From the sequence record SRR22947725_415: a stretch of DNA of 39,521 nt; one strand, 5' to 3'. The position numbers were made by a program, and so were the translations under genes. Below the pieces are notes generated by a model. That model ran no database searches. It had not been told where the DNA came from and saw only the letters and a program-made list of their open reading frames with translations. Each line of letters starts with the position of its first letter. The stretch's first letter is position 1. This document shows, piece by piece, positions 9,283 through 19,895 of this stretch.

Positions 9283-11933
9283 TAGACTTACAATTCACTG
9301 GCGATATGGGCGCAGTACAGGGCATTCTATTTGCCCTTTTCATAGCCACCGCAGCATGGCTCCTTTACTTCCGCCAAATACGCCACCGCGAAGGGGGAGC
9401 TCGACTGATACTGCCAAGCTTACGGGCGGCCGCTATATTTCTCTTAATTATGATGCTGACTCAACCGGTGCTCCATCATGAGAAACTTATTGGAGAGCTC
9501 GGCAAGCTCTTTGTTGTTGTTGATAATTCGGGCAGCATGAATACCAATGATCCAGACACCTCTTTATACCGTAAAGTTATGATTGCCAAAAGCCTCGGGC
9601 ACAAATTGCCTGATGTCAAAACTGATGACATCGAGCAACTCATCAAACTTCAAAGGTCTCGAGCTGAATTACAGCAAGCGCTTATAGAGAAAAATCCGAA
9701 TATAGAAGATTTCCAAAATATATTTGTTGAATCCTTTGAAGTCATCAGTAATAAGCTAAAAGAGAATAAAGGTAAGTTTCTGGCACTCCTCAAACAGTTT
9801 AAAGACGCTCAAGAGGACATCCAAAGAAAAGGCGCTGCCCAAGGCCTTTTAAACGCTTGTGATAATCTTATTGCAGTCTATGAAGATCAATTGAACCAAT
9901 CTTTAGAGAAATACGCCAAGTTGCCCGCTTTAGTCAAATTAGAGCGCCAAAGCCGATGGTACCGCATAGAGAAAAGTCTTTTTGAAGGAGAAAACCCTCT
10001 TCTCGATACACTTGCTGCAGATCACCAAGTTGAACTTCTACATTTAAAAGGAAATTCGCTTGAGCCGATCTGGCAATCGTCCGCTATGTCAGAAGATAAT
10101 AATCAATCCTTTGTGGATATAAGTGGAGCCATACCAAAAGCTCAATTAACCGATCTCGATCAGGCCTTACAAATAGAGACCGGCATGCAAAAAAATGCCA
10201 TCCTCCTTCTCTCAGACGGACAGCATAATTTCGGTTCCTCTCCCATCCTCCAATCAAAAATATTAGGCAACAAAGATGTCAAAGTCTACACCGTTGGTTA
10301 TGGCGCAAAAAAAGAACCTCAAGACTTATCCATACACGCTCTGAGCACAGCAGAAACAGTCTTTTATAAAAATAACATTAGCGGTACTCTACAATTCAAC
10401 GACCATATGCAAAAAGGGAAAAAATTCACTGTAAAAGTTTCTCACGACCAAGAAACTCTTTGGCAAGAAGAGCTTGAAACTGATGGCTCTGGCCTTCGAC
10501 AAATCGACTTCAATTTTGCCGTTCAGAAGAAAATTGAGGAGCTGCTCAAAAGAAATGGTGGCGACCTTCAATTCAAAAACCTGCCGCTACAGCTAAAGGC
10601 ATCAATCTCCATGATAAATGGCGACCGTCAGCGCGCCAATAATAGTCAATTTTTCAGTGTAACTGCGGCCATTCAAAAACGTCGCCTACTCCTTGTAGAT
10701 CAGAGAGCTAGGTGGGAATGGCGTTACCTGAAAAGCATTTTTGAAAGAAATGAAAAATGGCAAATAAATGCCGTTCGACCCGAACAAAAAAGCAGCGGTC
10801 TAGTTTTCAAAAGAGGACGCCAAACAGGTGACTTCCCCATTGATAAAAAAGAGCTCTTCAATTATGACATGATCGTCTTTGGTGACATCCAATCTCGCCT
10901 TTTCACAAATGAAGAAATAAACTGGTTACGAGAGTATGTTGAACTTCGCGGCGGTGGTTTAGTCTTTATAGATGGGCGTAGGAATGGTCTACAAACTTAT
11001 GCCGAGACTCCTCTCAAATCACTCATCCCTGTAAAGTGGAACAATCAACAGGGCTTACGCGAAGTCAGTCAACTAAAATTGACCGTAAGCGGTAATAAAT
11101 ACGCCGCCTTAAACCTTAAAGATGAAGTAAAGTCGAACGAACAAGTATGGGCCGAATTAGCCAAACTTAAATGGATGGCAGATACCACTGCCCTCCCCGG
11201 AACAGACTTACTCATAACAACCGATAAGCAAAAGCCAATGCTGGTTTCACGCCATTTTGGCGCCGGAAAAATCCTCTACGCAGCCTCAGAGGATTTCTGG
11301 AGATGGCGTTATAAAAAGGGCGACGTCTACCACAATCGCTTCTGGCAACAAATAACCGACTCAATGATGGAAAAAGCTTTTTCTGTCCAAGATAAACACA
11401 TTGCCCTCGATACCGGGAAACCCGTCTATCAAGAAGGTCAACAGGCTGATTTGCGAGTCCGCATACGAGATGAAGAAGGAAGGCTGATGAATAATGCCGA
11501 TGCCACGGCGCTAATTTTACAGGATGAAAAAGTCATCGCCAAAATCCCCCTAAAAACCAAAACTTCTGGAGTCTACTCCGCTCGTACGCAAAAACTTACC
11601 CAGGGAAACTACGACGTAAGAGTCAGAGTCAACGGCTTAGATCAAAGTAAGCTGAAAGCAACAGCGACATTTAGCGTCGTAAAACCGCAATCTTTAGAGA
11701 TGGCTCAACTCACTGTAAATGATAAGCTCCTTAAAGAAATCTCACAAAGCTCAGGGGGGAAATACTTCCCAGAAGAACAAATTAACGAAATCAAAGCAGA
11801 GCTCAAAAGCCTGAGTTCTGGAAAATTAATTCAAATCGACACCGCTCTCTGGCAAAGCTACTGGTACTTCGTCCTAGTCATTGCCTTCTTTACCATCGAG
11901 TGGATTTACCGTAAACGCATAGGCTTACTGTAA
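9279..11933 (+). CDS. vWA/glutamine-amidotransferase-like domain membrane protein of the MoxR operon
   Basis: Likely start ATG 9279 (ATGA overlap); two N-terminal TMs; DNSGSM; LLSDG; RWEWRYL; GGGLVFIDG; G.GK......WRWR; C-terminal TM ending EW.YRKR.GL. Confidence 0.88.
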   Translation: MIDLQFTGDMGAVQGILFALFIATAAWLLYFRQIRHREGGARLILPSLRAAAIFLLIMMLTQPVLHHEKLIGELGKLFVVVDNSGSMNTNDPDTSLYRKVMIAKSLGHKLPDVKTDDIEQLIKLQRSRAELQQALIEKNPNIEDFQNIFVESFEVISNKLKENKGKFLALLKQFKDAQEDIQRKGAAQGLLNACDNLIAVYEDQLNQSLEKYAKLPALVKLERQSRWYRIEKSLFEGENPLLDTLAADHQVELLHLKGNSLEPIWQSSAMSEDNNQSFVDISGAIPKAQLTDLDQALQIETGMQKNAILLLSDGQHNFGSSPILQSKILGNKDVKVYTVGYGAKKEPQDLSIHALSTAETVFYKNNISGTLQFNDHMQKGKKFTVKVSHDQETLWQEELETDGSGLRQIDFNFAVQKKIEELLKRNGGDLQFKNLPLQLKASISMINGDRQRANNSQFFSVTAAIQKRRLLLVDQRARWEWRYLKSIFERNEKWQINAVRPEQKSSGLVFKRGRQTGDFPIDKKELFNYDMIVFGDIQSRLFTNEEINWLREYVELRGGGLVFIDGRRNGLQTYAETPLKSLIPVKWNNQQGLREVSQLKLTVSGNKYAALNLKDEVKSNEQVWAELAKLKWMADTTALPGTDLLITTDKQKPMLVSRHFGAGKILYAASEDFWRWRYKKGDVYHNRFWQQITDSMMEKAFSVQDKHIALDTGKPVYQEGQQADLRVRIRDEEGRLMNNADATALILQDEKVIAKIPLKTKTSGVYSARTQKLTQGNYDVRVRVNGLDQSKLKATATFSVVKPQSLEMAQLTVNDKLLKEISQSSGGKYFPEEQINEIKAELKSLSSGKLIQIDTALWQSYWYFVLVIAFFTIEWIYRKRIGLL

Positions 11934-11943
11934 GGAATAAGAC

Positions 11944-14900
11944 ATGAATACTAAACAAAATAATACTACTGAAAAAAAGATCGCTCAGTTCGGCCAGCGA
12001 CGCCGCCAACTTATCTTTCAAAAAGGTATTTTTACTTTTATAACGGCGGCTATTTTATCATTTTCACTCATCGCGGTTTTAGACTTCTTTCTCTTTATGG
12101 AAGACTGGTTACGCGCTACTCTAAGCTCTGTTGTCTACCTCATACTAGCAGTTATTGCCTACCTAACATGCCTCAAAAAGCTCATGGCCAAAACAAGCCA
12201 ACGGGATCTCGCTAAAATCTTCGAAGCCGCCAACCCTCAACTGCGCGAAAAACTACTTTCTGCTGTTGAACTCAATGATGCCGTAGAAAAAAACACTAAT
12301 ACAGAAGCCTTCAACAAAATCATCCAAGAGAGTATCTCAAGTGAATTAAGTACCGTCGACGTCAATGATATACTCCCAAAAAGGTTGGTCGCTAAGAGAC
12401 TAAAAACAGCCGCAATTGCCACCATCATTTGCATCGTTTTACTTTTCATCCCAGGAATAAAGTTTCATAAACTCATGATGCGCGCAGTTGCCCCAGCTGC
12501 CAATATTGAACGTGTCTCAAATATTAAGATAGATATCATAGAGCCCTCTCCTGCCGATGGTATTTCGGCTCGTGGTGATACTGTATCTTTTGTAATTCAA
12601 GTCTCCGACCCGGATATTCAAAATGCATGGTTCGAGTACCGTAGCAACGGTGATAATGCGGCTAGGATCAGCATGCAAAAAATTGGTGATGACCGCTTTC
12701 AAACGTCTATCAATATTGGCCGAAAAAATCTTAAGTACCGCTTTAGAGCCCATACTGCCCAAACAAGGTTTTATGAACTTGAGTCTGTCCCTAGGCCACA
12801 AGTTATAGAATTTCAAAAGACCTTTAACTTTCCTGAATATTCTCAATTAGCGCCTCAAACAATTAAAGAACAAAATGGACATTTAAAAGCCCTCGAAGGA
12901 ACTGTCGTTGATTTAAAAATGACCTCTGACCAAAGTATCTCAAGGGCTGAAATTTCTATTGACCTTCCTGGTGAAGACCCCAAAATAATCCCTCTTAAAG
13001 TCTTGAATGAAAAATCCTTACAGGGCAGTGTCCTCATCGACCGAAATGCCACCTACAAAGTTCATGTAACTGCCGCTAAAAGCCAATTCACCAATACCTT
13101 CAGCCCAGAGTATGAAATAATGTCTTTGGCCGATGTTCTACCGTCAATTTCTCTCACTCAACCATTACGAGATATGACCGTCACCAGAAACGACATCATT
13201 CATATCCAAGGGCTGGCAAAAGACGACCTTGGCATAAAAGAAACTTATCTTGAATTCAAGCGCAACTTAGATGACTGGCAAAGAGTCGAAATGAGTTCTG
13301 CAGCGACCAAAGAAGTCACCATTAATCATCGGTGGGATTTATCTAAATTGAAACTCAAAGGCGGCAATGAACTTACCTTTAGACTGCTGGCGAAAGACTT
13401 AAAAGGTAATGAAGGCGTCTCCTCGAGTATCCGTCTAGATATCGTTAACGACGGCTTCAATCCTAAACGTTTCACCCGTCTTAGGTTATTCCAAAATATA
13501 CTAAATGCACTGAATAAAGCCGTGGTCAAAACTGAACAAAATCGCCAATTATACGATCAAAAGTTCTCTTCACTTATTCATGAAAAAAAGGAGGCGAAAC
13601 AGAATTTAACTGTCTTACAAATTGAAAGTGAAATCCAAGAACTGCAAGACTTCCTTCAAGAACAACTCAAATTCATTTCTTCGCAAACACTTTTGGCTCG
13701 TAAAAATCAAGATAGCGATGATTTTGATCTTATTGCTAAAGTCGTAAGCCATCTGCTCAATAGTCGCTTAAGTACAACTCTGAGTAAAATGAACACCTCC
13801 GAAAATAATCTTCAGGAACGCAATCATGCCTACCACGAAAGCCGTAGTAAAATGCACGATTTTCACCATCGCCTAAAACGAACAAAAGACTTATTTAGCC
13901 GCTTAATTGCCCAGGCGAATGCCGATGTCTTTTATAAAGACATCATTCAGCTTCACTATGAACAAGAAAGTATCAATGCGATGCAATTGACAAGCGACCT
14001 TGAAAGTATAAAGCGTCGTCAACAAAATCTGCATAAAACATATAAGACTGAAAAGACCTTAATTCTTAAAACAAAAGCCGTCGCAGATCACGGTACTCAT
14101 CACAGAATTAATAATCTCTTAAAGCAATTTGATGAGATGGAACGCGAAATCAACGAAACATTAATTAGAGGACCACAAAAAAGCGAGGGAGTCTTTCTCG
14201 CTGAATATTTCGCAGATTCAAAACTTCAAATTAAGAGGTTACAGGAGCCCACCGATTCCATAAAACTACGAAGCAATAACAGTCCAGCTAAAGGCATTCC
14301 TGATGACCATTGGTCAGCGCGTTTCACCGGTAAAATTTCGAGCCCCCATAATACAAATGCTGAATTTTATTTAAAAAGCGATGGAGACGTTAAAGTTTGG
14401 GTCGACGGGAAACAGTTAGTCGACAAAAAAAGCGATTCTAAAAATAGCGAAATAAAGTTTAAATACCCGCTAAAAGCTAACCGCGACGTCTTCATAAAAG
14501 TTCAATATCGCCATTACGAGAAAACGGCCAGCTTAAGCTTATTTTGGAATGCTTTAAAAAAGGGTAAAAGGCCCATAGTCGCAGCTCAAGTCGAAGCCTA
14601 TAACTATAAAAAAGTACTTAGCCGGTTCAATAATTTACAGCGGGAATCTTTCCACGCGAGAAAGGATATGATTCACAAGGGTAATGATGCCAGACGCGAA
14701 CTGCGGCACATGCTTGAAAAACACGGTAAGCCTATTCAAGAAGTCGCTCAGGCTATGAAAGAACTCGCTCAAGCTAAAAAGAATCAGGATAACGAGAAAA
14801 TTGACAAGGCTCAGAAAAAAGTCGAAGATTTACTTAAGAAAGCCAAGCAACAATTGGCAGATAAAGCGACGCTTGAAGAGAAAAAGGCCGATGCCGACAG

Positions 14901-16890
14901 TGAGTATGTAAAGGACGCCTCTAAAGCTGACAAGGCTCTCAATGAGATCGTAAAAGACGTGAGCAAAACTGACTCCGAGAAAGCTCAGAAACTCGAAAAA
15001 TTAGCCCAAGCTTTTCAAAAATTAGAAAGAGCTCACGAGCTCAAAGAACTAGAGCAAGAAGTCGCTGACATGGCAGACAAAGAAAATAACCTTCACCAAG
15101 ATGATAAAAATCAACCAGAAAATAACTGGCAACAAACCGAAGAAAAATTGCGAGAATTACTAACGAATCTCAACCGTGGAGATGAACAAGACCGTAAAAC
15201 TTCGAACGAGCTTAACAAAGCACTGCACAATGGCGAGACAAATGAAATTCGCAATGAAATGAATCATCGACTCAATAATCCGGAGCCCCGTAAAAACATT
15301 GAAGAACAGCTCAAAAAGCTCAAGAAGGATCTCGCTCAAGCAAGAGATCAACGTCAAGAAGCCGTAGAAGATGCTCGAGAGCTCCTCAACGAAACGGCCT
15401 CAACAATTGGTCAACAATTGGCAGAACTCGCCAAAGATAGCAAAACGCAACAAGAAAAAACTTTAGCCCTAGCAGAAAAAGCTGAAGATAAAAACCTTGA
15501 GGAAGCTCGCCAAGAAGCCAAGCTATTACAAAAAAATCAAGAACAACTAAATGACAAAGTCGAAGCCGTTCGCCAAGCCCTCAAGCGTGAGGCCAATGCT
15601 CAAGATCTTGACAGTGAAGAAGGTATCGAAAAAGCGAGAGATGCCGATAATGCTTTAGCAATGCTTGCTCAAGACCCTCCCAAAGCTGAAGAGCTTTTAG
15701 CTGAAGCGAGCAATGCCGATAATGCGACAGAACAAAAGAAAGCTTTAGAACAAACAGCAAAACAACAAGAAAAAATGAATGAAGCTCTAGAGACTTTAGC
15801 TGAACACTATGATGAAAATCAAAGTGAAGAAGAAATAACAGAGTCTCGTGAAAAACTACGGGCAATCGAAGCTGAAAAAGGCATTGATAAGCAATTAGCC
15901 GAAAATTACCAAAAAGCCGAAACACTCGCTGAAGTTAGTGAAAAAGATATAGATGATCAAATTAAAGGCCTCGAAAAAATTCTCGCTGAAGATGAAGATA
16001 TGCAAAAAGCTCTCGCTGAAATTGCCAGAAAAAACTCAGAACAAGCTGCGGAAGCGCTAGCACAAGCTGCCAGTGATGAAGCGACAATCGAAGGGCAAAT
16101 GAATCAGAAACAAAATAATAACAAAGACCAAGAACGCACCATGAAACAACAAGCCAGTAAACAGAAACCAGTGACTCACGACACTGAGCAGGCCGCGGAA
16201 GCTCTGGCGCGTAGTGAAAGACACCAAGAGAGACTAGGAGATGAACAGGCTGCTAAAGAAGCTCAGCAGGCATCACAGCAAGCCTCACAAGCGGCCCAGA
16301 AAATGGCCGAAGCTCAACAACAACTTTCCTCACAAGAAAACTTCCAAAAAGCCCAAGAAGCTGTGTCTAGTTCACAAGAAGCGGTAGAACAGGCTGCTGT
16401 ACAAGCGGCTCAAGCAACAGAAGCCCAGAATAATCAACAGCTTGCACAGACTCAGAGTGATACTGAAAAAAGCCCCCAACAATTAGCCGCTCAAAAATTA
16501 GCCCTCGCCCTTGACCAGTTAGACCAGGCTAAAGCGGCTATATCGCAAAACCAAAATTCACAAAACCACGCTCAAGAAGCCATGCAACAAGCCCAAGAAG
16601 CCATGCAACAAGCTAAAGAAGCCCAGGCTAAAGCGATGGCTCAAAGTAGATCTCCAAGTTCAACGCCACCTTCTGAATCTAACTTTGGCGAAGGTCTGGC
16701 GACAAATGAACAAATTGGTGCTCTCAAAATCAAACTTAAAAATACTGAAGAATGGGGAAAGCTCCCCAAGAAAGTAGCTCGAAATATCCGCAGCGCTCAA
16801 AAAGAATCAGTTCCCGAACAATACCAAAAAATGGTCAATGCTTACTTCAAGATCATTGCAGAACAATCTCAGACTGGAGCCTCTAAATGA
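11944..16890 (+). CDS. Giant membrane-anchored coiled-coil protein (DUF4175-like) with Ig-like domains and an inserted PA14 domain
   Basis: Three N-terminal TMs, L.E.LLSAVEL, A.DDLG Ig-like motif, long Q/E/A/K heptad region, C-terminal W.KLP...VPEQY..MV.AYF..IA. Confidence 0.85.
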   Translation: MNTKQNNTTEKKIAQFGQRRRQLIFQKGIFTFITAAILSFSLIAVLDFFLFMEDWLRATLSSVVYLILAVIAYLTCLKKLMAKTSQRDLAKIFEAANPQLREKLLSAVELNDAVEKNTNTEAFNKIIQESISSELSTVDVNDILPKRLVAKRLKTAAIATIICIVLLFIPGIKFHKLMMRAVAPAANIERVSNIKIDIIEPSPADGISARGDTVSFVIQVSDPDIQNAWFEYRSNGDNAARISMQKIGDDRFQTSINIGRKNLKYRFRAHTAQTRFYELESVPRPQVIEFQKTFNFPEYSQLAPQTIKEQNGHLKALEGTVVDLKMTSDQSISRAEISIDLPGEDPKIIPLKVLNEKSLQGSVLIDRNATYKVHVTAAKSQFTNTFSPEYEIMSLADVLPSISLTQPLRDMTVTRNDIIHIQGLAKDDLGIKETYLEFKRNLDDWQRVEMSSAATKEVTINHRWDLSKLKLKGGNELTFRLLAKDLKGNEGVSSSIRLDIVNDGFNPKRFTRLRLFQNILNALNKAVVKTEQNRQLYDQKFSSLIHEKKEAKQNLTVLQIESEIQELQDFLQEQLKFISSQTLLARKNQDSDDFDLIAKVVSHLLNSRLSTTLSKMNTSENNLQERNHAYHESRSKMHDFHHRLKRTKDLFSRLIAQANADVFYKDIIQLHYEQESINAMQLTSDLESIKRRQQNLHKTYKTEKTLILKTKAVADHGTHHRINNLLKQFDEMEREINETLIRGPQKSEGVFLAEYFADSKLQIKRLQEPTDSIKLRSNNSPAKGIPDDHWSARFTGKISSPHNTNAEFYLKSDGDVKVWVDGKQLVDKKSDSKNSEIKFKYPLKANRDVFIKVQYRHYEKTASLSLFWNALKKGKRPIVAAQVEAYNYKKVLSRFNNLQRESFHARKDMIHKGNDARRELRHMLEKHGKPIQEVAQAMKELAQAKKNQDNEKIDKAQKKVEDLLKKAKQQLADKATLEEKKADADSEYVKDASKADKALNEIVKDVSKTDSEKAQKLEKLAQAFQKLERAHELKELEQEVADMADKENNLHQDDKNQPENNWQQTEEKLRELLTNLNRGDEQDRKTSNELNKALHNGETNEIRNEMNHRLNNPEPRKNIEEQLKKLKKDLAQARDQRQEAVEDARELLNETASTIGQQLAELAKDSKTQQEKTLALAEKAEDKNLEEARQEAKLLQKNQEQLNDKVEAVRQALKREANAQDLDSEEGIEKARDADNALAMLAQDPPKAEELLAEASNADNATEQKKALEQTAKQQEKMNEALETLAEHYDENQSEEEITESREKLRAIEAEKGIDKQLAENYQKAETLAEVSEKDIDDQIKGLEKILAEDEDMQKALAEIARKNSEQAAEALAQAASDEATIEGQMNQKQNNNKDQERTMKQQASKQKPVTHDTEQAAEALARSERHQERLGDEQAAKEAQQASQQASQAAQKMAEAQQQLSSQENFQKAQEAVSSSQEAVEQAAVQAAQATEAQNNQQLAQTQSDTEKSPQQLAAQKLALALDQLDQAKAAISQNQNSQNHAQEAMQQAQEAMQQAKEAQAKAMAQSRSPSSTPPSESNFGEGLATNEQIGALKIKLKNTEEWGKLPKKVARNIRSAQKESVPEQYQKMVNAYFKIIAEQSQTGASK
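16570..16623 (+). repeat. In-frame 21-bp tandem repeat (AQEAMQQ)x2.5
   Basis: GCTCAAGAAGCCATGCAACAA GCCCAAGAAGCCATGCAACAA GCTAAAGAAGCC. Confidence 0.85.
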
Positions 16891-17939
16891 AGGTAATCTA
16901 TTCCCTATTTTTAAGTCTCGTACTTATCACATCTACTTCGCATGCAGATGATAAAACTGATAAATCGCTCGCTAAAGCGGTCAACTTCCTGTTAAAGCAA
17001 CAGAAAAAAGACGGTGGTATATACGAACATAACTATCCAGTTGCTATGACATCTCTAGCCATCATGGCGATGGCCTCTTTAGGGCATATGCCGGACGAAA
17101 ACAGCCATGAAGGCAAGGCCATGCGACGGGCCCTAGACTTTGTTTTAAATGACAAAAATCAAGAAAGCAGCGGTTATTTCGGGAAAAGACACAATTCACG
17201 AATGTATGGGCATGGAATCATTACTTTAATGTTAGCCGAAATGATGGGTATGGGAGCTAACGCCAAACAAGATGAGCTGATAAGACTGCGCTTAAAAAAA
17301 GCGATTGAGCTCATTCTCTGGTCTCAAAAGCAAAAGGTTAATAAAAAGAATAAACAACACTACGGCGGTTGGCGTTATCAACCTCAATCAAAAGATTCTG
17401 ACCTCTCTATAACCATTTGGCAACTTATGGCTCTAAGAGCCGCTTATGATGCTGGATTAGAAGTCCCAAAAGAAGCTATTGATGCGGCTGTTGAGTATCT
17501 CAAACAATGCTACCACTCTCCTCGAAAAGATGGTAAGCCAACTAACTTAAAAAGTGCTTTTGCCTATAACCCAGGGAAAGGTCCAAATTTTGCCATGGCA
17601 TCTGCTGGGCTACTCGCTATGCAAGTCTGTGGCGAATATGATGCTCTTGAAGTCAAAGGAACTCGAGACTGGTTAATCTCGCGAGAGCTACAGTATCATG
17701 AGCATTACTTTTTTTATGGGACTTACTACTATGCCCAAGGTATGCACCAGGCAGAAGAAAAGTATGCCGACAAAGCCAGAAAACAGGTGGAAGATCTTTT
17801 ATTGAGTAATCAACAACCTGATGGTTCATGGCAGGCAAAAACTGGAGAAGAAAGAAATGCCGGACGAACTTATGCTGCCAGCATGGCGATTCTCAGCCTC
17901 TCTGTACAGCATCACTTCTTGCCGATCTATCAAAAATAG
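16887..17939 (+). CDS. Secreted prenyltransferase/squalene-oxidase repeat (alpha/alpha toroid) protein
   Basis: Signal peptide; QW-like repeats (FLLKQQKKDGG, LLSNQQPDGSW); MYGHGI; GGWRYQP..DSDLS.T.WQLMALRAA; Y..YY.AQ. Confidence 0.9.
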   Translation: MKVIYSLFLSLVLITSTSHADDKTDKSLAKAVNFLLKQQKKDGGIYEHNYPVAMTSLAIMAMASLGHMPDENSHEGKAMRRALDFVLNDKNQESSGYFGKRHNSRMYGHGIITLMLAEMMGMGANAKQDELIRLRLKKAIELILWSQKQKVNKKNKQHYGGWRYQPQSKDSDLSITIWQLMALRAAYDAGLEVPKEAIDAAVEYLKQCYHSPRKDGKPTNLKSAFAYNPGKGPNFAMASAGLLAMQVCGEYDALEVKGTRDWLISRELQYHEHYFFYGTYYYAQGMHQAEEKYADKARKQVEDLLLSNQQPDGSWQAKTGEERNAGRTYAASMAILSLSVQHHFLPIYQK

Positions 17940-17958
17940 CTCAAGGCCGACAAGCTAA

Positions 17959-19617
17959 TTAATCCAATTCCGGGCGCTTAAACAACTGAGTTTCTACAGT
18001 GCGGTGAGCCATGGGTAAACGAATCGTAAACTTCGTCTTTTTATTCTCTTCACTTTCAACGCTGATAACCCCTTTGTGAGCTTCAACTAAGCGGCGGGAA
18101 ACAGCGAGGCCCAAGCCCGTACCATTCTCTCCTTTTCCAGAATAAAACATGTCAAAAATCTGATCGACTTTATCGGCAGGAATACCACATCCGTTATCTT
18201 CAATAGTAATTTCAACGATGCGATCGTTATCGGCAACAGTAGCGTCAATCAAGATTTTGCCACCAGGATCACCACCGAAGTGCTGATTGACCGCATCACA
18301 ACTGTTATTCAGCAAATTGAGCAACACGCGGTGAACCGCCATAGCATCAATCTCTGCCATAATCGATTTCTTCGAGATATTCTCGGTAATATCAACATCG
18401 ATCTGCATACCGGTAAAATTAGGTCTAACTAACTCAATGGCTTCTAGAATAATCTCACTTATACTTTGAATATGTAGGTCCAGATTGTGCTCTTTGGCAA
18501 GGTTCAATAAGTCCATAACCAAACCAGACAGCCTTTTGTGGTTTCTTGATAAGATGCCCCAAGCCTCATTCATAAGGTCCGGATCTGAATCATCAATCCC
18601 CATGCGCATCAGGTATAAACAACCATCGATACCGGTCAAAATATTTTTAATATAATGTGATAAGCTGGCGGCTGTCGTTCCTAAAGCGGCCATGCGCTCG
18701 TTGGCAATATTTTTCTTAATCAAACGACAATTCATAATCGCCATAGCAGAACTAAAAGCCACACCCGCTAATAACTGCAAATCTTCTTCAGTAAAGGTTT
18801 TATTGTCTTCGACTGCTGCCATGTAGATAGCACCAATCATATCCTGTTGAGAAATAATCGGTACACAAATAACTTTCTGTGTTTTCAAAATACTTACAGA
18901 GTCGGAAGCAAAACGGATATCGTTAGGGGGATCGACAGACAAAACGGCTTCAGATTTACGCTTAACATAGTTGAGAACCGAACTGCTTATAGGGTGCCGA
19001 TTTATAGAGACTGCTTTACCTTTTTTATCCTGACCGTAAGAAGGAACAAAGCGATCTTGTTTAGGATCGTAAAGCATCATGTAAATATAATCGGCATCGA
19101 TCTCCCCAAGAAGAGCCGAAGCTACACAAGAATAAATATCTTTTTCATTGAGAATAAGAGACAGTTGATTCTGAAGATTGTACATCACCGCTAAACGGCG
19201 GTGTTGCCAACGGATATCCTCGATGGCCAGGTCTGAAGTATCTTCTGAAATGGGCGACGGCTTAAAACTATATGATATAGAAGGGTCTTCTTCTTCGCTT
19301 ACCTTATTGCGAAACTCAACTTCAAAAAGAGAATTACCCGCTCTTACCCGCTGAAAGTTCTGGAGAACCTGGGGTTCCTTAACGTCGCGACCGCCAATCC
19401 AAGTTCCATTGCTACTTTTGAGATCTTCTATGTACCATTTATCATTTTTAAGGCTTAGCTTAGCATGTTGCCTGGAAAGTAAGGTGTCACCAACTAAAAT
19501 ATCTGCTTCACGTGAACGGCCTAAAGTAGTTATCTCCTCAACTACGGGAAACTCTTTCCCAGCAAAAGGACCAGCGAGAAAGCGAATAACAGCTAACTCT
19601 TTTTTCTTTGAACTCAA
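17959..19617 (-). CDS. Cytoplasmic FHA-GAF sensor histidine kinase
   Basis: FHA (LGR...LSRQHA...DLKSSNGT); GAF (VICVPI...IGAIY...FTEEDLQLL); H-box SLSHYIKNIL; N-box NLLNNS; G1 EDNGCGI; G2 GTGLGL. TTG start with GGAG RBS. Confidence 0.93.
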   Translation of the reverse strand: MSSKKKELAVIRFLAGPFAGKEFPVVEEITTLGRSREADILVGDTLLSRQHAKLSLKNDKWYIEDLKSSNGTWIGGRDVKEPQVLQNFQRVRAGNSLFEVEFRNKVSEEEDPSISYSFKPSPISEDTSDLAIEDIRWQHRRLAVMYNLQNQLSLILNEKDIYSCVASALLGEIDADYIYMMLYDPKQDRFVPSYGQDKKGKAVSINRHPISSSVLNYVKRKSEAVLSVDPPNDIRFASDSVSILKTQKVICVPIISQQDMIGAIYMAAVEDNKTFTEEDLQLLAGVAFSSAMAIMNCRLIKKNIANERMAALGTTAASLSHYIKNILTGIDGCLYLMRMGIDDSDPDLMNEAWGILSRNHKRLSGLVMDLLNLAKEHNLDLHIQSISEIILEAIELVRPNFTGMQIDVDITENISKKSIMAEIDAMAVHRVLLNLLNNSCDAVNQHFGGDPGGKILIDATVADNDRIVEITIEDNGCGIPADKVDQIFDMFYSGKGENGTGLGLAVSRRLVEAHKGVISVESEENKKTKFTIRLPMAHRTVETQLFKRPELD

Positions 19618-19835
19618 GTCTTACTCCAGCTTGCAATTAATTGCATTTTCTATCAATTCCACCCTGCTTGGGTAATCGCAGATGATTTTCCATCAGACAT
19701 TATACTTAATTCAAGACTCTGACGCTAGAGTTGATTGACTAAAAGAAGTCGATTATAAAATCGTCTTTGTCAAACACTTTAAAGAAAAACAAAAAATCAC
19801 TTTTAAACAATTCATTTAAAACTAGTTATATTATT

Positions 19836-19864
19836 TTGCATCTTGCCAAAAAAAGTCTTATATT
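19836..19864 (+). promoter_or_regulatory. Candidate sigma-70 promoter for the PEP-CTERM-like gene
   Basis: TTGCAT-N17-TATATT, about 30 nt upstream of ATG 19896. Confidence 0.45.
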
Positions 19865-19895
19865 AAAATTATAAAGACACAAACTAGGTAACAAA

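Noticed and set aside
14700-16700. Repetitive CAAGAAGC-rich DNA as a CRISPR or satellite array
   Set aside because: Explained by Q/E/A coiled-coil codon usage; there is no constant repeat-spacer period and there are no cas genes.
16887-17939. Squalene-hopene cyclase / hopanoid biosynthesis
   Set aside because: Only 350 aa, has a signal peptide and lacks a DXDD motif; it is the repeat-only family found in MoxR operons.
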